Position numbers and translations under genes: made by a program. From positions 1,054,001-1,118,000 of the forward strand of contig OX597827.1 in assembly GCA_951406725.2 (NCBI GenBank): 64,000 nt of DNA. Reading direction: 5' to 3'. A model generated the notes under the pieces. It made no database searches. It saw only the letters and a list, made by a program, of their open reading frames with translations, and was not told the DNA's origin. The stretch's first letter is position 1; each line of letters begins with the position of its first letter. This stretch comes from Octopus vulgaris (lineage: Eukaryota). This document shows, piece after piece, positions 1-12,764 of the stretch.

Positions 1-635
1 GAAGCTTCTTCGAATTTAGTGAGACCGTTTTAGTAGTAGTTATCTACAAGTGTTATAAAGTTCTGGGATAATGTCCTAATTTAATCCCTCAACATTCGAC
101 ATCCTTCTGATTATGTTTATGTAACTTGACTATAAAGCTGACACAAAATTTTCAAAAAGTATATAAAATTAACAGAATCGGTAAAGGTCAATAAAACGAG
201 TACCACTGAAGTACTGCTTCGAAATAATTGACTATACTTCCTGCCCGCAAAATGTGTGGCCTTGTGCCAAAGTTATAAATCATTTCTTTTATTATTATCG
301 TCTGCCATACAAACTTTATTATCACATATCAAACTTGTTCGCTCCTTTCTTGGCAACGACTAGCAGCAAGTATAAAGTGCTTCCAGTCGTGTGTGCCGAA
401 ACGTGTTGAGGCTTGTGAAAAAGGACCCAGGCAATGATAGATAATAGACATAATAAATAGACAATTCCAGGCATACAACTCTGCTCAGCACAGAGGAGCT
501 AAACAGTTTAGCAATCGTACTCACGAAGAAGACAGTATAATTAAAAATAGAAACTTTTGCGATCCGCAGTCGTTCCAGTCATGACACCGCCACCTCGTTT
601 AGCGCTTCGTTGAGCAGTTAGAAACTAGATAAGAC

Positions 636-1330
636 TAATCAATTTCGATCCCTTTCATGTTTTCAATAGGCTCAGCCCTCGCTATCTAGAAGTTCTTTTA
701 CTTATACGTAGCTTGTTTGGTCCTGTCTTTCGAAGATGGATTGCTCCAGTATACGACGGCATGTGTTCAGAGATCAAAGTAAAAGGTCACTTATCTGAGC
801 TATTTCGCATCACGTGCCCCGTCTGTCACGGATCTTCTCCACTTTTGTCTCTTCTGTATGATTTGGTACTCAAGAAATTGATGTAGGAGTTGTATAAATT
901 GTGAGACTTTCAGATGAAACTGAGTCACAAGACAGTCGTATCAGCATATGCAGAATGTGTCACCGTCATCGCCATACAGCGGAGATGGAGATGACTGGTA
1001 CTCTGCTGGTACAGTGCCAAAGGGGAGGGAGAACATGCGTTAAACAAACAATTCGGCTCCAAGAGAGGCCGGGATCTGCGAGGTCTTCCGCTGGATCGAA
1101 AGTTCACCTAAGGTGATCGAATTCTCATCTGGAGAATATCTCCAGGTAGATAAAATATGAAGAAAGAAGTTGTGAGCCAAGCGGGTTGTTTGTGGGAAAT
1201 TCGCTGGAAGGAAGCTTTCCTTAAAGTTCCTGCTGAAGTAGTTACCACCTACACCACATCGATGGAATACTACTTCCGAGTGCCGCATCTTATCCCATGA
1301 AGCACTTGAATAAACTAAATGCGGCACAGC
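636..1330 (+). mobile_element. Degraded Tx1/L1-clade LINE reverse transcriptase fragment
   Basis: The frame from 662 reads FNRLSPRYLEVLL..FGPVFRRWIAPVYDGMCSEIKVKGHLSELFRITCPVCHGSSPLLSLLYDLVL*, then KTVVSAYAECVTVI. These are decayed versions of the Tx1/L1 RT motifs AFDRV, GFGP.F..WI, VNG.LS..F, QGCPLSPLLY and YADD. Stops and frameshifts are present; boundaries are approximate. Confidence 0.75.
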
Positions 1331-2079
1331 AGAGACACTTGCTCATTCTTCAAGTTGACCCTCCATCATTGACGATGTTGTGTCAGAATTTGGAGTTGAT
1401 AAATCAAAGTACCAGTCAAATACTTGGGTCATTCGTATTGACTGACCCCTATCTCTGAATGTGTAACCTTGTTTCTAAAATCATTACAACGTCAAATAAA
1501 AAATACTTTGTGTTATTTGCTCTGGCTCTTTCTATTCTGAGTTCAAATCTAACCGAGGTCAACTTTACCTTTTATATTTCCGGAGTCGATAAAAATAAAG
1601 TTCCTGTATGAAGATCGATATGATCAACTGGTCCCTTCCCCACAAATTTTCTGAGCTTGTAGCTATTTTACAAATTATTAGACGATCAGTGGACTGGCAG
1701 AATTGTTAGGGCGTTGGACAAAATCCTTTGCTGTACTTCGTCCGATTTTTTTTTTCCCTCTTGGGTTCGAATCACGCCGTGATTAACTTTATCTTTTATC
1801 CTTCGGGATCAATAAAATAAATGTACCAGTCATATACTGAGATCGATGGTAAGGACTAAGCCCCTCCCTTCAATTCTTCTAGTCTTATTCCTGAATTATA
1901 AACTATTAATCTTTTGCTTCAAATTTTGGCACACCGACCCCGAAAGAGTGCAAGGCAAAGCAATCTTCGTGGCATTTGTGTTCAGAACATAAAGAGCCGT
2001 AAGAAATGCTACTAAACGTTTTTGCCCGGCGCGATAATGATTCTGCCAGCTTGCTACTTTATTAGAAACCGATACAGTT

Positions 2080-3356
2080 CTGCTATTGATAACTGGGACT
2101 TTGGGTTCATTTATGTCACGTTCCTTGCAATAATATATGCAAATATATTCCATACTTTTCCACTGAATGGTATGTGATATAGTCACGTAATGTAAAAATA
2201 CATTTCATTTTATTTCTTTTCCTTCCAATTCTACTATTTATATTCTTTTCTACTCTAGGCACAAGACGCGGAATTTTGGGGAAGAGGACCAGTCTATTAG
2301 ATGGTCCCAGTGCGCAACTGGTACTTAATTTATCGATCCCGAAAGGATGAATGGCAAAGTCGACCTCGGCGGAATTTGAACTCAGAACGTAGCGGCAGGC
2401 GAAATACGGCTACGCATTTCGCCCGGCGTGCTAACCACTCTGCCAGCTCGCCGCCTTATTCTACCATTTATAATAATGAAGGTGTTTGCAGGGAAACGGA
2501 AACTAGCAGCTACCTTGGCCAATTAAAACCACTGTATACATGCGAATGCTTAAATCTATAGTTAAGGCTCAATTACTCTGTTACAATTTTTTCTTTACCT
2601 TTTTTTTCTTTTTCCTTTTTTTGGGGCTTTGGTCAAGTAAGTGTTATTTCTTATTTACTTCGATCTAGAAATCAAAGGAAATCAGAACCATTCCCTTCAG
2701 ACTTGGCTTTTGTAACCGGGACATCAATGTTTTGAAACTGACCTATTTCCCATTACATTTCAGACAAAGTCAGTGCTGAGTTGCTGTAGCAGAAATATCG
2801 TTATCGCAAATATTCGGTTCAATAGAACAGATTTGCTTGTCAGTTGCTTAACCTTAACTACTTGAGCATGTCCCTTAGTGGCTGCCAATATGTACATCTC
2901 TGATCATGAGCAGAGTACTGGGCGGAGCACCATGGTCATGTGTTGAGAGGGATTCTTTGGAGTTTGAATAAATGTAACAAAAGCAAAATTTGAAGAAAAC
3001 ATTAACCATTTTTCATACTTTCTAGGAGTAAGCAAATAGGAAATCACAGTTGCTACCCAAGGACAAAAATCATGTTTCACAATGTTATTAACACAGTTGT
3101 GCTACCGAAAACTGGGGCTTTGGGTTCCTTGTAATAATATATGCAAATATAAACCATACTTTTCCAATGATTGGCGGGATAAAGACACGCAAGGTAAAAA
3201 TATCTTTTCGTATTTCCTTCTTTTTCTTCCAATTCTACCATTTATATTAATGAAGGTTTTTGCATGGAAACAGAAACGAGAGGTGTCAACTATTTTAGCC
3301 AATTAAAATCGCTGAATACATGTGAACGCTTAAATCTATATTTAAGGCTCAATTAT
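2080..3356. repeat. Diverged local duplication (about 2080-2590 vs about 3100-3356)
   Basis: Shared blocks include actggg(a/g)ctttgggttc...aataatatatgcaaatat...ccatacttttcca and ctaccatttata.taatgaagg...gccaattaaaa...gcttaaatctata.ttaaggctcaatta. Confidence 0.85.
2243..2457 (-). mobile_element. tRNA-derived SINE, family A (Meta-domain-like core), full length with TSD
   Basis: The reverse complement has head GGCGGCGAGCTGGCAGAGTGGTTAGC, B-box GAGTTCAAATTCC and core CCGAGGTCGACTTTGCC. The 15-bp TSD is attctactatttata (2228-2242) / attctaccatttata (2458-2472). Confidence 0.9.
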
Positions 3357-3987
3357 CGAACCTGGCACTCTAATTAAATGAAGATCTGTTATAAATTCCT
3401 CACAGAGCAGTTAATCTCTTGTAGCAGGCTAATCCCATACGGAAACTAATTAGGAATCTATTTGCACTTGATATTCATCAAGAGCTGATTGAGTCCAGAT
3501 AGGTAGGTTTTGCGAGTGAATGCATGAACGAAATTTGAATATGTGTGTGCGTGTGCATGCGTGTATACGAGTGTGTGTGTGTGTGTTTGTATGTATGTGC
3601 GTGTGTGGTGGGGTGTCTAGGAGGGAAGACTTGTGTGATTGCTATGGAGGATTTAATTAATGTCAGGGGTCATAATATTATAGGTTCGAGAAGGAACTGA
3701 AGATGTTTATAATCCTTGTTGTCATGGAAGAATTTCTGACAATTGAGTAATTTAAGGATGAACGATATTGATCAAGTATTACTGATACTTCTTATTGAAC
3801 ACTGTGGTTTAGAGAATGAATAATAATAATAATAATAATCCTTTCTACTATAGGCACAAGACTTGGAATTTGAGGGGAGGGTCTAGTCGATCCCATCAAC
3901 CCCAGTGCTTGACCGGTACTCCGAAAGGATGAAAGGCAAAGTCGACCTCGGCTGAATTTGAACTCATGAATAATAATAATAATGATG

Positions 3988-4040
<53 letters not shown>

Positions 4041-4564
4041 GTGTTATGTACATTGTTTTGTCTTGGTATAAAAGATGGGCTGCAGCAAATATTCTGCTCA
4101 ATACCACAGATTTGCTTGTCAGTTGTTTGACCTTAACAAGTTGAACATGTCCCTTGGTGGCACAAATGAGAATACTAAAAATGATCCCGACCGCTCTCAA
4201 AAATTAAGTAAAAAAAAAAAAAACGGGAAAATAATCCTGAATCCTTGTCCGGTACCTGATCAATGCCACTGGTAGTCATGGAGTGTGAAAGTTGGTGTGC
4301 GGGCCGTGTTTGTAATGCTGTGTGTCGTCTGCAGTGAGAACAAGGACAGTTTTCTCTGTGAAGGCCATTTTTAGTCTATCCACTTACGACCATTAAGGCC
4401 TATAGTGAAACATTTATCTGTGCGTGAAAGAAAACGGAAAGGACTTGCATACAGTGCTGTTAACGGAGGTTTAACAACATCGTTGACACAAAAACGTGAG
4501 TCCAAGAAGTCAAACTTCCTTCAAGGCAGAGCTAGAAATGCAATTGTCAAGAAGGTAAGTAGGT

Positions 4565-4791
4565 AATAATAATTTGATCAAAACTAGTTAAAGGATACAC
4601 CTTTAAAAATGGATTTGTTTCATTGGTCCTTTCAAATAACGGTCTTGTTTATTTTATTTCATTGGTCCTTTCAAATAACGGCCTTGTTTATTTTGTTTAT
4701 CGCATGCTTAAGACCGTTATTTGAAAGGACCAATGAAACAAATCAATTTCTAAAGGTGTATCCTTTAACTAGTTTTGATCAAATTATTATT
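4565..4791. repeat. 82-bp near-perfect inverted repeat with an internal ~39-bp direct duplication
   Basis: 4565-4646 (aataataatttgatcaaaactagttaaaggatacaccttt...caaataacggtctt) is the reverse complement of 4710-4791 with about 2 mismatches. The spacer repeats tttcattggtcctttcaaataacgg.cttgtttatttt. Confidence 0.95.
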
Positions 4792-4803
4792 TCTGTTCCA
4801 TTT

Positions 4804-4858
4804 TAACAAAACTGTCTGACGAACGGGAACGTGAAACTCTGAGTAACAGCTTTTGTTA
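4804..4858 (+). ncRNA. Type I hammerhead ribozyme with intact core
   Basis: Sequence: taacaaaa-ctgt CTGACGA acg GGAA cgt GAAA ctc t gag TA acag c ttttgtta. Core CUGACGA is at 4816-4822 and GAAA at 4833-4836. Stem II is ACG/CGU with a GGAA loop, stem III is ACUC/GAGU, the GUA cleavage triplet is 4843-4845, and stem I is 12 bp with one bulge. Confidence 0.85.
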
Positions 4859-4951
4859 TATTTCTGCTGCTTTTAAATAAAGCATATTACTCTACCTCTG
4901 GTATTTGAGTACTCTTTTTTCCACCTTGTTTCACATTTATGTGCTTACTCC

Positions 4952-4953
<2 letters not shown>
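4804..4953 (+). mobile_element. HHR-bearing repeat family 1 (Penelope pLTR / retrozyme-like), followed by (TA)n
   Basis: The HHR is followed by aataaagcatattactctacctctggtatttgagtact...ttccaccttgtt. The same arrangement recurs at 27689-27800 (+) and 33736-33856 (-). Confidence 0.65.
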
Positions 4954-5002
<49 letters not shown>

Positions 5003-5030
5003 GTGGTGAGGTATGTATTTGTACACACAT

Positions 5031-5084
<54 letters not shown>

Positions 5085-5519
5085 CTGTATGTGTCTATAT
5101 CTATATATGCATTTATCCATATCTGAGTATGCTTACAAGTCCATGTACATACACCAATAAGTGTTTGAGTGCATTACACCAAATTCTTCGAGATATATAT
5201 CTCAGTTCCATAGATTAACTGGCCTTTCATATATTTACCGATACTGCTCTCCTTTTACACTTTCACTCTCTCACTAAAAATGGTAATATTGTCAATAGCA
5301 GAGAATTCCAGAGGGTGTTGCAGAATGGAGGTGGGAGCCGGGGAGTAGAATGGCTTTTAATTTGTCTTGGTGTTTATATTTTGGCTGTTAGTGATTTCAT
5401 TATTGATATTTGCTACTTATCTATCAATCGCTGACTTAACTATACACTTCACAACATTTATAGCAATATATAAAATGATTATTAAGTTTTGATATGAATC
5501 TGCAAGTGGAAAATAATTA

Positions 5520-5567
<48 letters not shown>

Positions 5568-5649
5568 TAGACTCATCACATATACATAAACCCATCAGCA
5601 TGGAAAAACAGATGTTAAGTGATTATATATATGTTTAAGTTTGTGTGTG

Positions 5650-5688
<39 letters not shown>

Positions 5689-6509
5689 ATGTATGTGTTA
5701 ATGTATGTATATGTGTTTCTACATATGTATATAGATGTGTGTGTGTTAATGTGTAAGTATGTGCATGTATATGTATTTGTATGTATGTATGTGCGTGTAT
5801 GTGTTTGTATGTATGTATATGTATGCATGTGTGTGTGTTTTTGTGTACATATGCATATATATATATGCATGTGTTTGTGTATGTATGTGAATATGTGTAT
5901 ATAGTTTCACATACACACATACAGAACTTCAGTGCTACAGTCAGTTGAGAGATACCAGCAAAAGTATAATATGTGTGTGTGTGTGTGAGTGTGTATGTAT
6001 GTGTGTGTGTGCGTGCGTACATGTGTGTATATTTGCTTCAAAAGGTGACATCATCATAATGATGATTGTGTTAGATAACAGTAACAAAGTATTAGAAATC
6101 AAATTTGATGTTATCAAATCAACTAATTCGTATTCTGTAAATTAATATATCTCATCATATTGAATCAAAGTTTACAGAAATACTGATACACATGATGTAC
6201 TCACACACACACACACACACACACACACTTATATATTGATGCCAAAGTAGTGTGTGCGTATATTAATTATAAAAATATATATATATATGCACTCACATAT
6301 ATATGTATATAATATACACACACACATAAACACACATAGGCATATACACACACACAAACACACACACATATATATACACATAAACACACACATATACACA
6401 CACATATACACAAACATATATATATATATATTTATACACATACATATATATATATATATATCATCATCGTTTAACGTCCGTTTTCCGTGCTAGCACGGGT
6501 TGGACATAT

Positions 6510-6557
<48 letters not shown>

Positions 6558-7520
6558 GTATACACACACACACATGCTCACACAGTGCTGGAGCACTAGA
6601 AGTTTTGCCCCCATACACTTTGCAGAATGTTTAGTATTATGAAGGGCAAAAATGCTAAATGAGAACCCACACTGAGAGAACTTGCCCAACTCAAACCAAC
6701 ATGGAAAATCATCATGATCATCCGCCTCAATTTACATCTATTTTCCAGGCTGGCATGGCTTGGACAGGCTGTCATGATGTCACTCAGATCCTTTTGGAGG
6801 CCACTGCTCTCATAGACCAGTGCACATATATGTCATGTTGGCTCAGTGGTGCTCTCGCTATCACCAACCACAAACTAAGGAGTTTGGTGAAAGCATTTTC
6901 TTCACTACTGGTCTGGATTAGTTCTCAGGGAGACACGACTGAAATTAGACCTCACAACCCCATATTTTCTCCACTCATTTGCCATTCTCCTCGGTATGTA
7001 CTGCTTGCAGTTCTTGTGGCACTAGTATTAGGGGCTGAGCTGTCAAGTTCTCAGAGAAATAGTACTAAGGGACCTCTTACCCCTACTTTACCGCTGCTTG
7101 CTCACCAATTCCATTTAGAGTGTGAGAAGGGACTTGGCTTTCAATTACAGCCCCAGCAAAGTTATTTCAGATGAGACACACATCTTATTTTAACTAATGT
7201 CACTTTTTTATTATTTGTGTTGTCAGATAAAGTCATTAAAATAACCCCCCTCACCCCACCCCCACCCCACATGGCACTCCATCATCACGTGTCTGGTCAG
7301 AGGTAAAATTTATTCAAATTTCAAGAACGATAAACAAAATAGAGGAAGAATAGAGATTCAAAAACTAATAAAACACTACAATAAAATATTTTTTGTGTTA
7401 ATTAAAATAACATTGGAAAGGATTAAAATAAATGGAAAAAAGTGAACAAATTTATCTGACAACTCAGTATTTCAATTAAATAACTGTTAAATAGCCATCA
7501 GCTTTATTGACATCTATCTA

Positions 7521-7592
<72 letters not shown>

Positions 7593-7759
7593 TATATACT
7601 CACACACATTTATGCACACATGGATATGTATATATGTGTATATGTATACACACACACACACACACACATGAATGTATATACATAAACACATATATCTCTG
7701 TATACCTATATATATGTATGTACACATACACTTTGCCAACCTTGATTATTATTATTATA

Positions 7760-7812
<53 letters not shown>

Positions 7813-8001
7813 GGTGGTGAGATGGCAGAATCATCAGCCCACCAGGTGAAATGCTTAGTTCAAATTCCGCCGAGGTTGACTTTGCCTTTCATCCTTTTTG
7901 GAGTTCATAAAATAAGCACCAGTTGAGCACTGGGGCCCTTCCCCCAAAATTTCAAACCTCATGCCTATAGTAGAAAGGATTATTATTATTATAATTATCA
8001 T

Positions 8002-8570
8002 TGAGTGAGAGGGCAAGGCATGCCATCAAAGTGACACTAGGGTAGAAATATATGAAGCCCAATATACCCATCATGTCTACCTGTCAGATAAGGGTACACC
8101 AGGCACATGTATCACAATGATATGTGCACAACATGGTGATCTCATATCAAAATAAATAACACATGACCTTGCAGTGTGCGGGGGGAGACCCAGTTAGAAT
8201 TCTCTTCAGGTCAAGTACTCCATCCCACTCAAATGATCATTGAATAAGGTTTGCTTAAAGACGATGAATGAGACACCCATGTTTCCAGAAGTGAATTATT
8301 CAAACAACAATGAATTTCTTTCAACACATGGCTATGATGCTCCCCCACTACTTCTGTTCGTGATCAGAGATACACATATTGTCAGCCATTAAGGGACATG
8401 GTCAACTGGTTATGGTCAAACAACTGACAAGCAAATCTGTGTTATTGAGCAGAATATTTTCTGTAGCCCATCTTTTATACCAAGACAAAACAACGTACAT
8501 GATATCACTTCCAATCAGTTAAGATCAGAAGCCATGAGAGCCACTGCCTGGTACTGCATCAGAACATTTA
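8002..8570. mobile_element. ~570-bp interspersed repeat (family E) inserted in (ATT)n/(TAA)n
   Basis: Flanked by ATT-rich repeats. Inverted partial copies are at about 2785-2970 and 4040-4160 (gcaaatattc.g.tcaata...cagatttgcttgtcagttg...catgtcccttagtggc). Confidence 0.7.
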
Positions 8571-8817
8571 TTAGTATTAATACTAAGGCAGCAAGCAGGC
8601 AGTCGTTAGCTCACCTGGGCAAAATACTCAGCAGCATTTTGTCTATCCTTATGTTCTGAGTTCAAATTCCATGAAGGTCAACTTTGCCTTTCATCCTTTC
8701 AGGATTAATAAAATAAATACCAGTTATACGCTGAAGTCGATGTAATCAACTTACCTGTCTCCCAAAACTGCTGGCCTTGTGCCAAAATTTGAAATCCTCC
8801 TCCTCATCATCATCATC

Positions 8818-8849
<32 letters not shown>

Positions 8850-9402
8850 TTTTAGATATCACTGACCTCATGCTATACGTTTGCTTACAAGTGTCTTTTG
8901 AATTTCATATCTGTTTCTTAGTCCAAACACTTTTTAAGTAAACTTTTAAGCGTAAGGGGATGCTATGTTATACTTACTAAGGGAGGTAATTCTTTCAAGC
9001 ATGTTTATAAAAACAATAAAAATTTAAATACTGCTATACATCAGTTCTAAAAAATTTAAATACAGTTAATTTAATTTTGGGATACTGCCTCCTCTTGGAT
9101 ACTCCTTCTCTCTAATTTTTTGTATACTCCTGCCCCTTAAATTTTTAGATACTCCCTCCTCCTAATTTGGATAGTCCCTCCTCCTGCTGCTCCTAGCAAT
9201 GAATACAAAACAGAAATTTAGCAAACAGAAAGCAGAAAAAAAATGAGGAATTCTTAGCAATCCATAATTAAGAGAAAGCTTTTAACTGCAGGGTTCACAG
9301 TTTGATGCCTTTCATATATAATGTCATGTGATTAGCCGTGCTTTAGAAACACTTTCAAGAGGGCCTTGAAATACAGAACAAAAATATGAAGATCATTAAC
9401 AT

Positions 9403-10080
9403 AGGTGCAGGTGTGGCTGTACGGAAAGAAGTTTGCTTCTTGACCACATGGTTCCAGGTTCAGTCCCACTACATGCACCATGGGCAAGTGTCTTCTCCTA
9501 TAACCCCAGGCTGACTGAAGCCTTGAGAGTGGATTTGGTAGAGGGAGAAAATGAAAGAATAAAGAATAATAAAAGGAAGAATAAAGGTGACAAGCTGGCA
9601 GAAACGGTAGCACGCCGGGCGAAATGCTTAGCAGTATTTCATCTGTTGTTACGTTCTGAGTTCAAATTCCGCCGAGGTCGACTTTGCCTTTCATCCTTTC
9701 GGGGTCAATAAATTAAGTACCAGTTATGCACTGGGGTCGATGTAATCGACTTAATCCCTTTGTTTGTCCTTGTTTGTCCCCTCTATGTTTAGCCCCTTGT
9801 GGGCAATAAAGAAATAAGAAAATGAAAGAAGCCCATCATATATATATATGTGCGTATTAGTATGTGTGTGTGTGTGTGTGTGTTTGTCCTGCACCATTTG
9901 ACAACTGATGTTGGCTTGTTTATGTCTCTGTAACTTAGCTGCTTGGCCAAAGAGACCGATAGAATAAATACCAGGCTTTAAAAAATAGGTCCCAGTGTCA
10001 ATTCATTTGACCAAAATTCTTCAAGGCAATGCCCCAGCATGACCACAGCCTGATATCTGAAACAAGTAAAAGATAAAAGA
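9403..10080 (+). mobile_element. Family B (CORE-like, OR-type) SINE with a nested family A SINE at about 9584-9817
   Basis: Head ggtgcaggtgtggctgtacgg...ggttcagtcccact...gggcaagtgtcttc. It is interrupted by a family A copy flanked by duplicated agaaaatgaaagaa and resumes with gaagcccatc, (TG)n and the 3' part ending agtaaaagataaaaga. Confidence 0.85.
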
Positions 10081-11543
10081 TATATTAACATTTTACAAAC
10101 CATTGAGGCATTCATATAATTTACATCCTAATTCCAATAATGGCTTCGGCTGCTCCAATTCCACTAAACAACCAATTCTTGCAGTTGTCTTTTATTTATG
10201 ACAACGTTTTCTTTTTTCTCTCCTGTCCCAAATGTGCCTCACTTTGTTCCAGAAATAATCCTTTTTCTTTAATCTTGGGACTCCCTAAGATCTGTTACTT
10301 GGTTTTCATGGCACATAAGTGACCAAGATCACAACATCCCTACTGATCAGGATAGAGGTCCAGCAATTTCAAGAGGAGGGGCCAAGTTGTTTACATTGAC
10401 CTCAGTACTTGACTGATATTTTATTTTTATCAATCCTGAAGGAATAAAAGGAAAAGTTGACCTCGGAGAGGTTTTTACTCAGACCATGAAGAGCTGGAAG
10501 AAATGTCACTAAGCAAGGCTCTAATCACCCTGCCAACACATCGCCTTTCTCCTCTATGCTATAATCCTTTCTACAATTGGCACAAGGCCTAAAATTTTGG
10601 AGGAAGTGACATGTCAATTACATCAACCCCAGTGTTCAACTGGTATTTTTATTGACTCTGAAAGGATGAAAGGAAAGTCAACCTCAGCCTAGTTTAAACT
10701 CAGAGTGTAAATACAGATGAAACGCTGCTTAGCATTCTGCCTGAGTTACAGTCGATTCCACCAGTTCACTCTCAAATACTATAAGAAAAATAATTTACTT
10801 GAACAACTAACAAATAATGTTTTCTCAGTCCAGCTTTTTTACCCTTTTATGCATTTCAGCTAAAATGCTGCAGCCATGCTGAGGCACCACATTTATTTAA
10901 AAATAATTCAGACTAAGCATTAAACCTAATTTCATCATCTGCTCAGTCTTCAAAGGCCTAAAATTAAGACCTGGAACTTCTCCAATATCCCTCACACTCT
11001 TTACACTCAGGAACACTTACCTACCAACCCAGCTTTTCTGCTCTTCTTCTATCCTTATTCTTTCTCTCATATTCACATTGTAATTTAACGTCATACGTCT
11101 CTCTTTCCAGCTGGGGAAACCATGTATTCACCTCTTCAGTAAAACACTTGTTCTTGTCTCCCTATCATACTTTCCCATCCTTCAATAATATACCACAACC
11201 TGTTCAGAGAGGGTTGTGTGATCCAAGTACTTGGTTACCTCACCAGTGCTGGTGCCATGTAAAAAATACCCAGTACTCTTTGTAAAATGATTGGCATAAG
11301 AAAGTGCATCCAGCTATGGAAACCATGCCAAAACATACATTAGAGATTGGTGCAGCCCTCTGTCTAGTTGGTTCCTGTTGAGCCATCCAACCCATGACAG
11401 CATGGAAAAAGGGACACTAAATGATGATAACAATGATAACTGAGTCTCTTGAGTATAAAATATTGTAAGGTGCACCATAGTAGTAGTATTGGTAATTTCA
11501 CATTTTACACTTGGCATAATTGTTAGAGTAGCTTTGCAGTATC

Positions 11544-11725
11544 TATCATATTTTAATATGTATAAGGAACCCTCGTGCATAAGGAAGCACCTAATTTGGG
11601 GGGCTTAAAATTTGGAAAAAAGGTTTTGTAAGGGATTATAATACTATCCATTTATAAGAATCTCCCAAATTTTTAAATCTAATTTTTGACCAAAATGGGT
11701 TCCTTATACATGTTAAAATATGGTA
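11544..11725. mobile_element. MITE with ~27-bp TIRs and TA termini (Tc2/pogo-like)
   Basis: tatcatattttaatatgtataaggaaccc ... gggttccttatacatgttaaaatatggta are reverse complements with 2 mismatches. Confidence 0.75.
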
Positions 11726-12764
11726 ATTACATCTCTTCAAATACCAAGTTCAAATCCTGCCAAAACCAACTTTGCATTTCAGTGTTCCAAACTCCGAGTA
11801 TAAGCCAGCACCTAGTTTTCAGTCCAGATTCTTAAATCATGTATTCCTCTGCTAATATTAGAAACTCTTTTAGACTTCAACCATTTCTGTTTTTCTAATA
11901 CTCACCAATATTTCCAGACAGAGTTCTTTTAATGCTGTAATATTTTGGATCTTAGTCAGGGAAACTCTTTTTGCAAATCTTTGCAGCATTTTCTCCTTCT
12001 TTTTAAAAAAGAAACACATTACAATGAGGATATGAAATTTTTGGTAATCCATTTCAAATGTCAATAAAGGGTAATCGGAATGAAAGATAATTCTATTTTT
12101 AGTCAGGAACAAAGAAATGTGTTTCCACTTCAAGGCAACAGCAGTTTTAACTGTGTTACATTTCAGGTATGTTCAATGTAGAATTAAAAGATTTAGCTTA
12201 AAATGCTCAGAACTTTCTGGACAACCTAAAATATGTGTGTGTGTGTGTGTGTCTTTCTGTCTGTATTTGTCCACCACCACTGCTTGACAACCAGTGTTGG
12301 TGAGTTTACATTCCTGTAACTTAGTGGTTCAGCAAAGTAGACCAACAGAATAGGTATGAGGCTTAAAATAGAATTCCTCTAAGTGGTGCCCAAGCATGGC
12401 CATAGTCTAATGACTGAACAAGTAAAAATTATGCAAAATCTGTAGACAAGGGACACCAATTTTCATACAAAGCAAACAATGAAAAAAAAATACAAATACA
12501 TATGGAAAAGAATATTATATGATTGATTGATTGATTCTAGTTTCAGCTTATGAGCTGTGGCCATGCTGGGGCACCGCCATTTGCTGGGGCACCGCCATTT
12601 ATATATTTATATATAAGCAATCCAACATTTTTGTAGCAACTTTTGAAATGAAAATATACAAACTCAGCTTAAATTTGTTTGGAGTATTTTATTATGTCAC
12701 ATTTGACAATATATATACACATATGGTTGTATATTTGGGGAAACAGCTTTTCTTTTATGCATGG

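Noticed and set aside
4375-4554. 180-nt plus-strand open segment between ttttag and a consensus AAG|GTAAGT donor (SIHLRPLRPIVKHLSVRERKRKG...)
   Set aside because: The acceptor is weak, no partner exons were found, the peptide is unrecognised, and it abuts the foldback/HHR element. It is probably repeat-derived, but cannot be excluded.
6659-7174. 171-aa plus-strand ORF
   Set aside because: It starts within a family C repeat tail and has no recognisable motifs or splice support.
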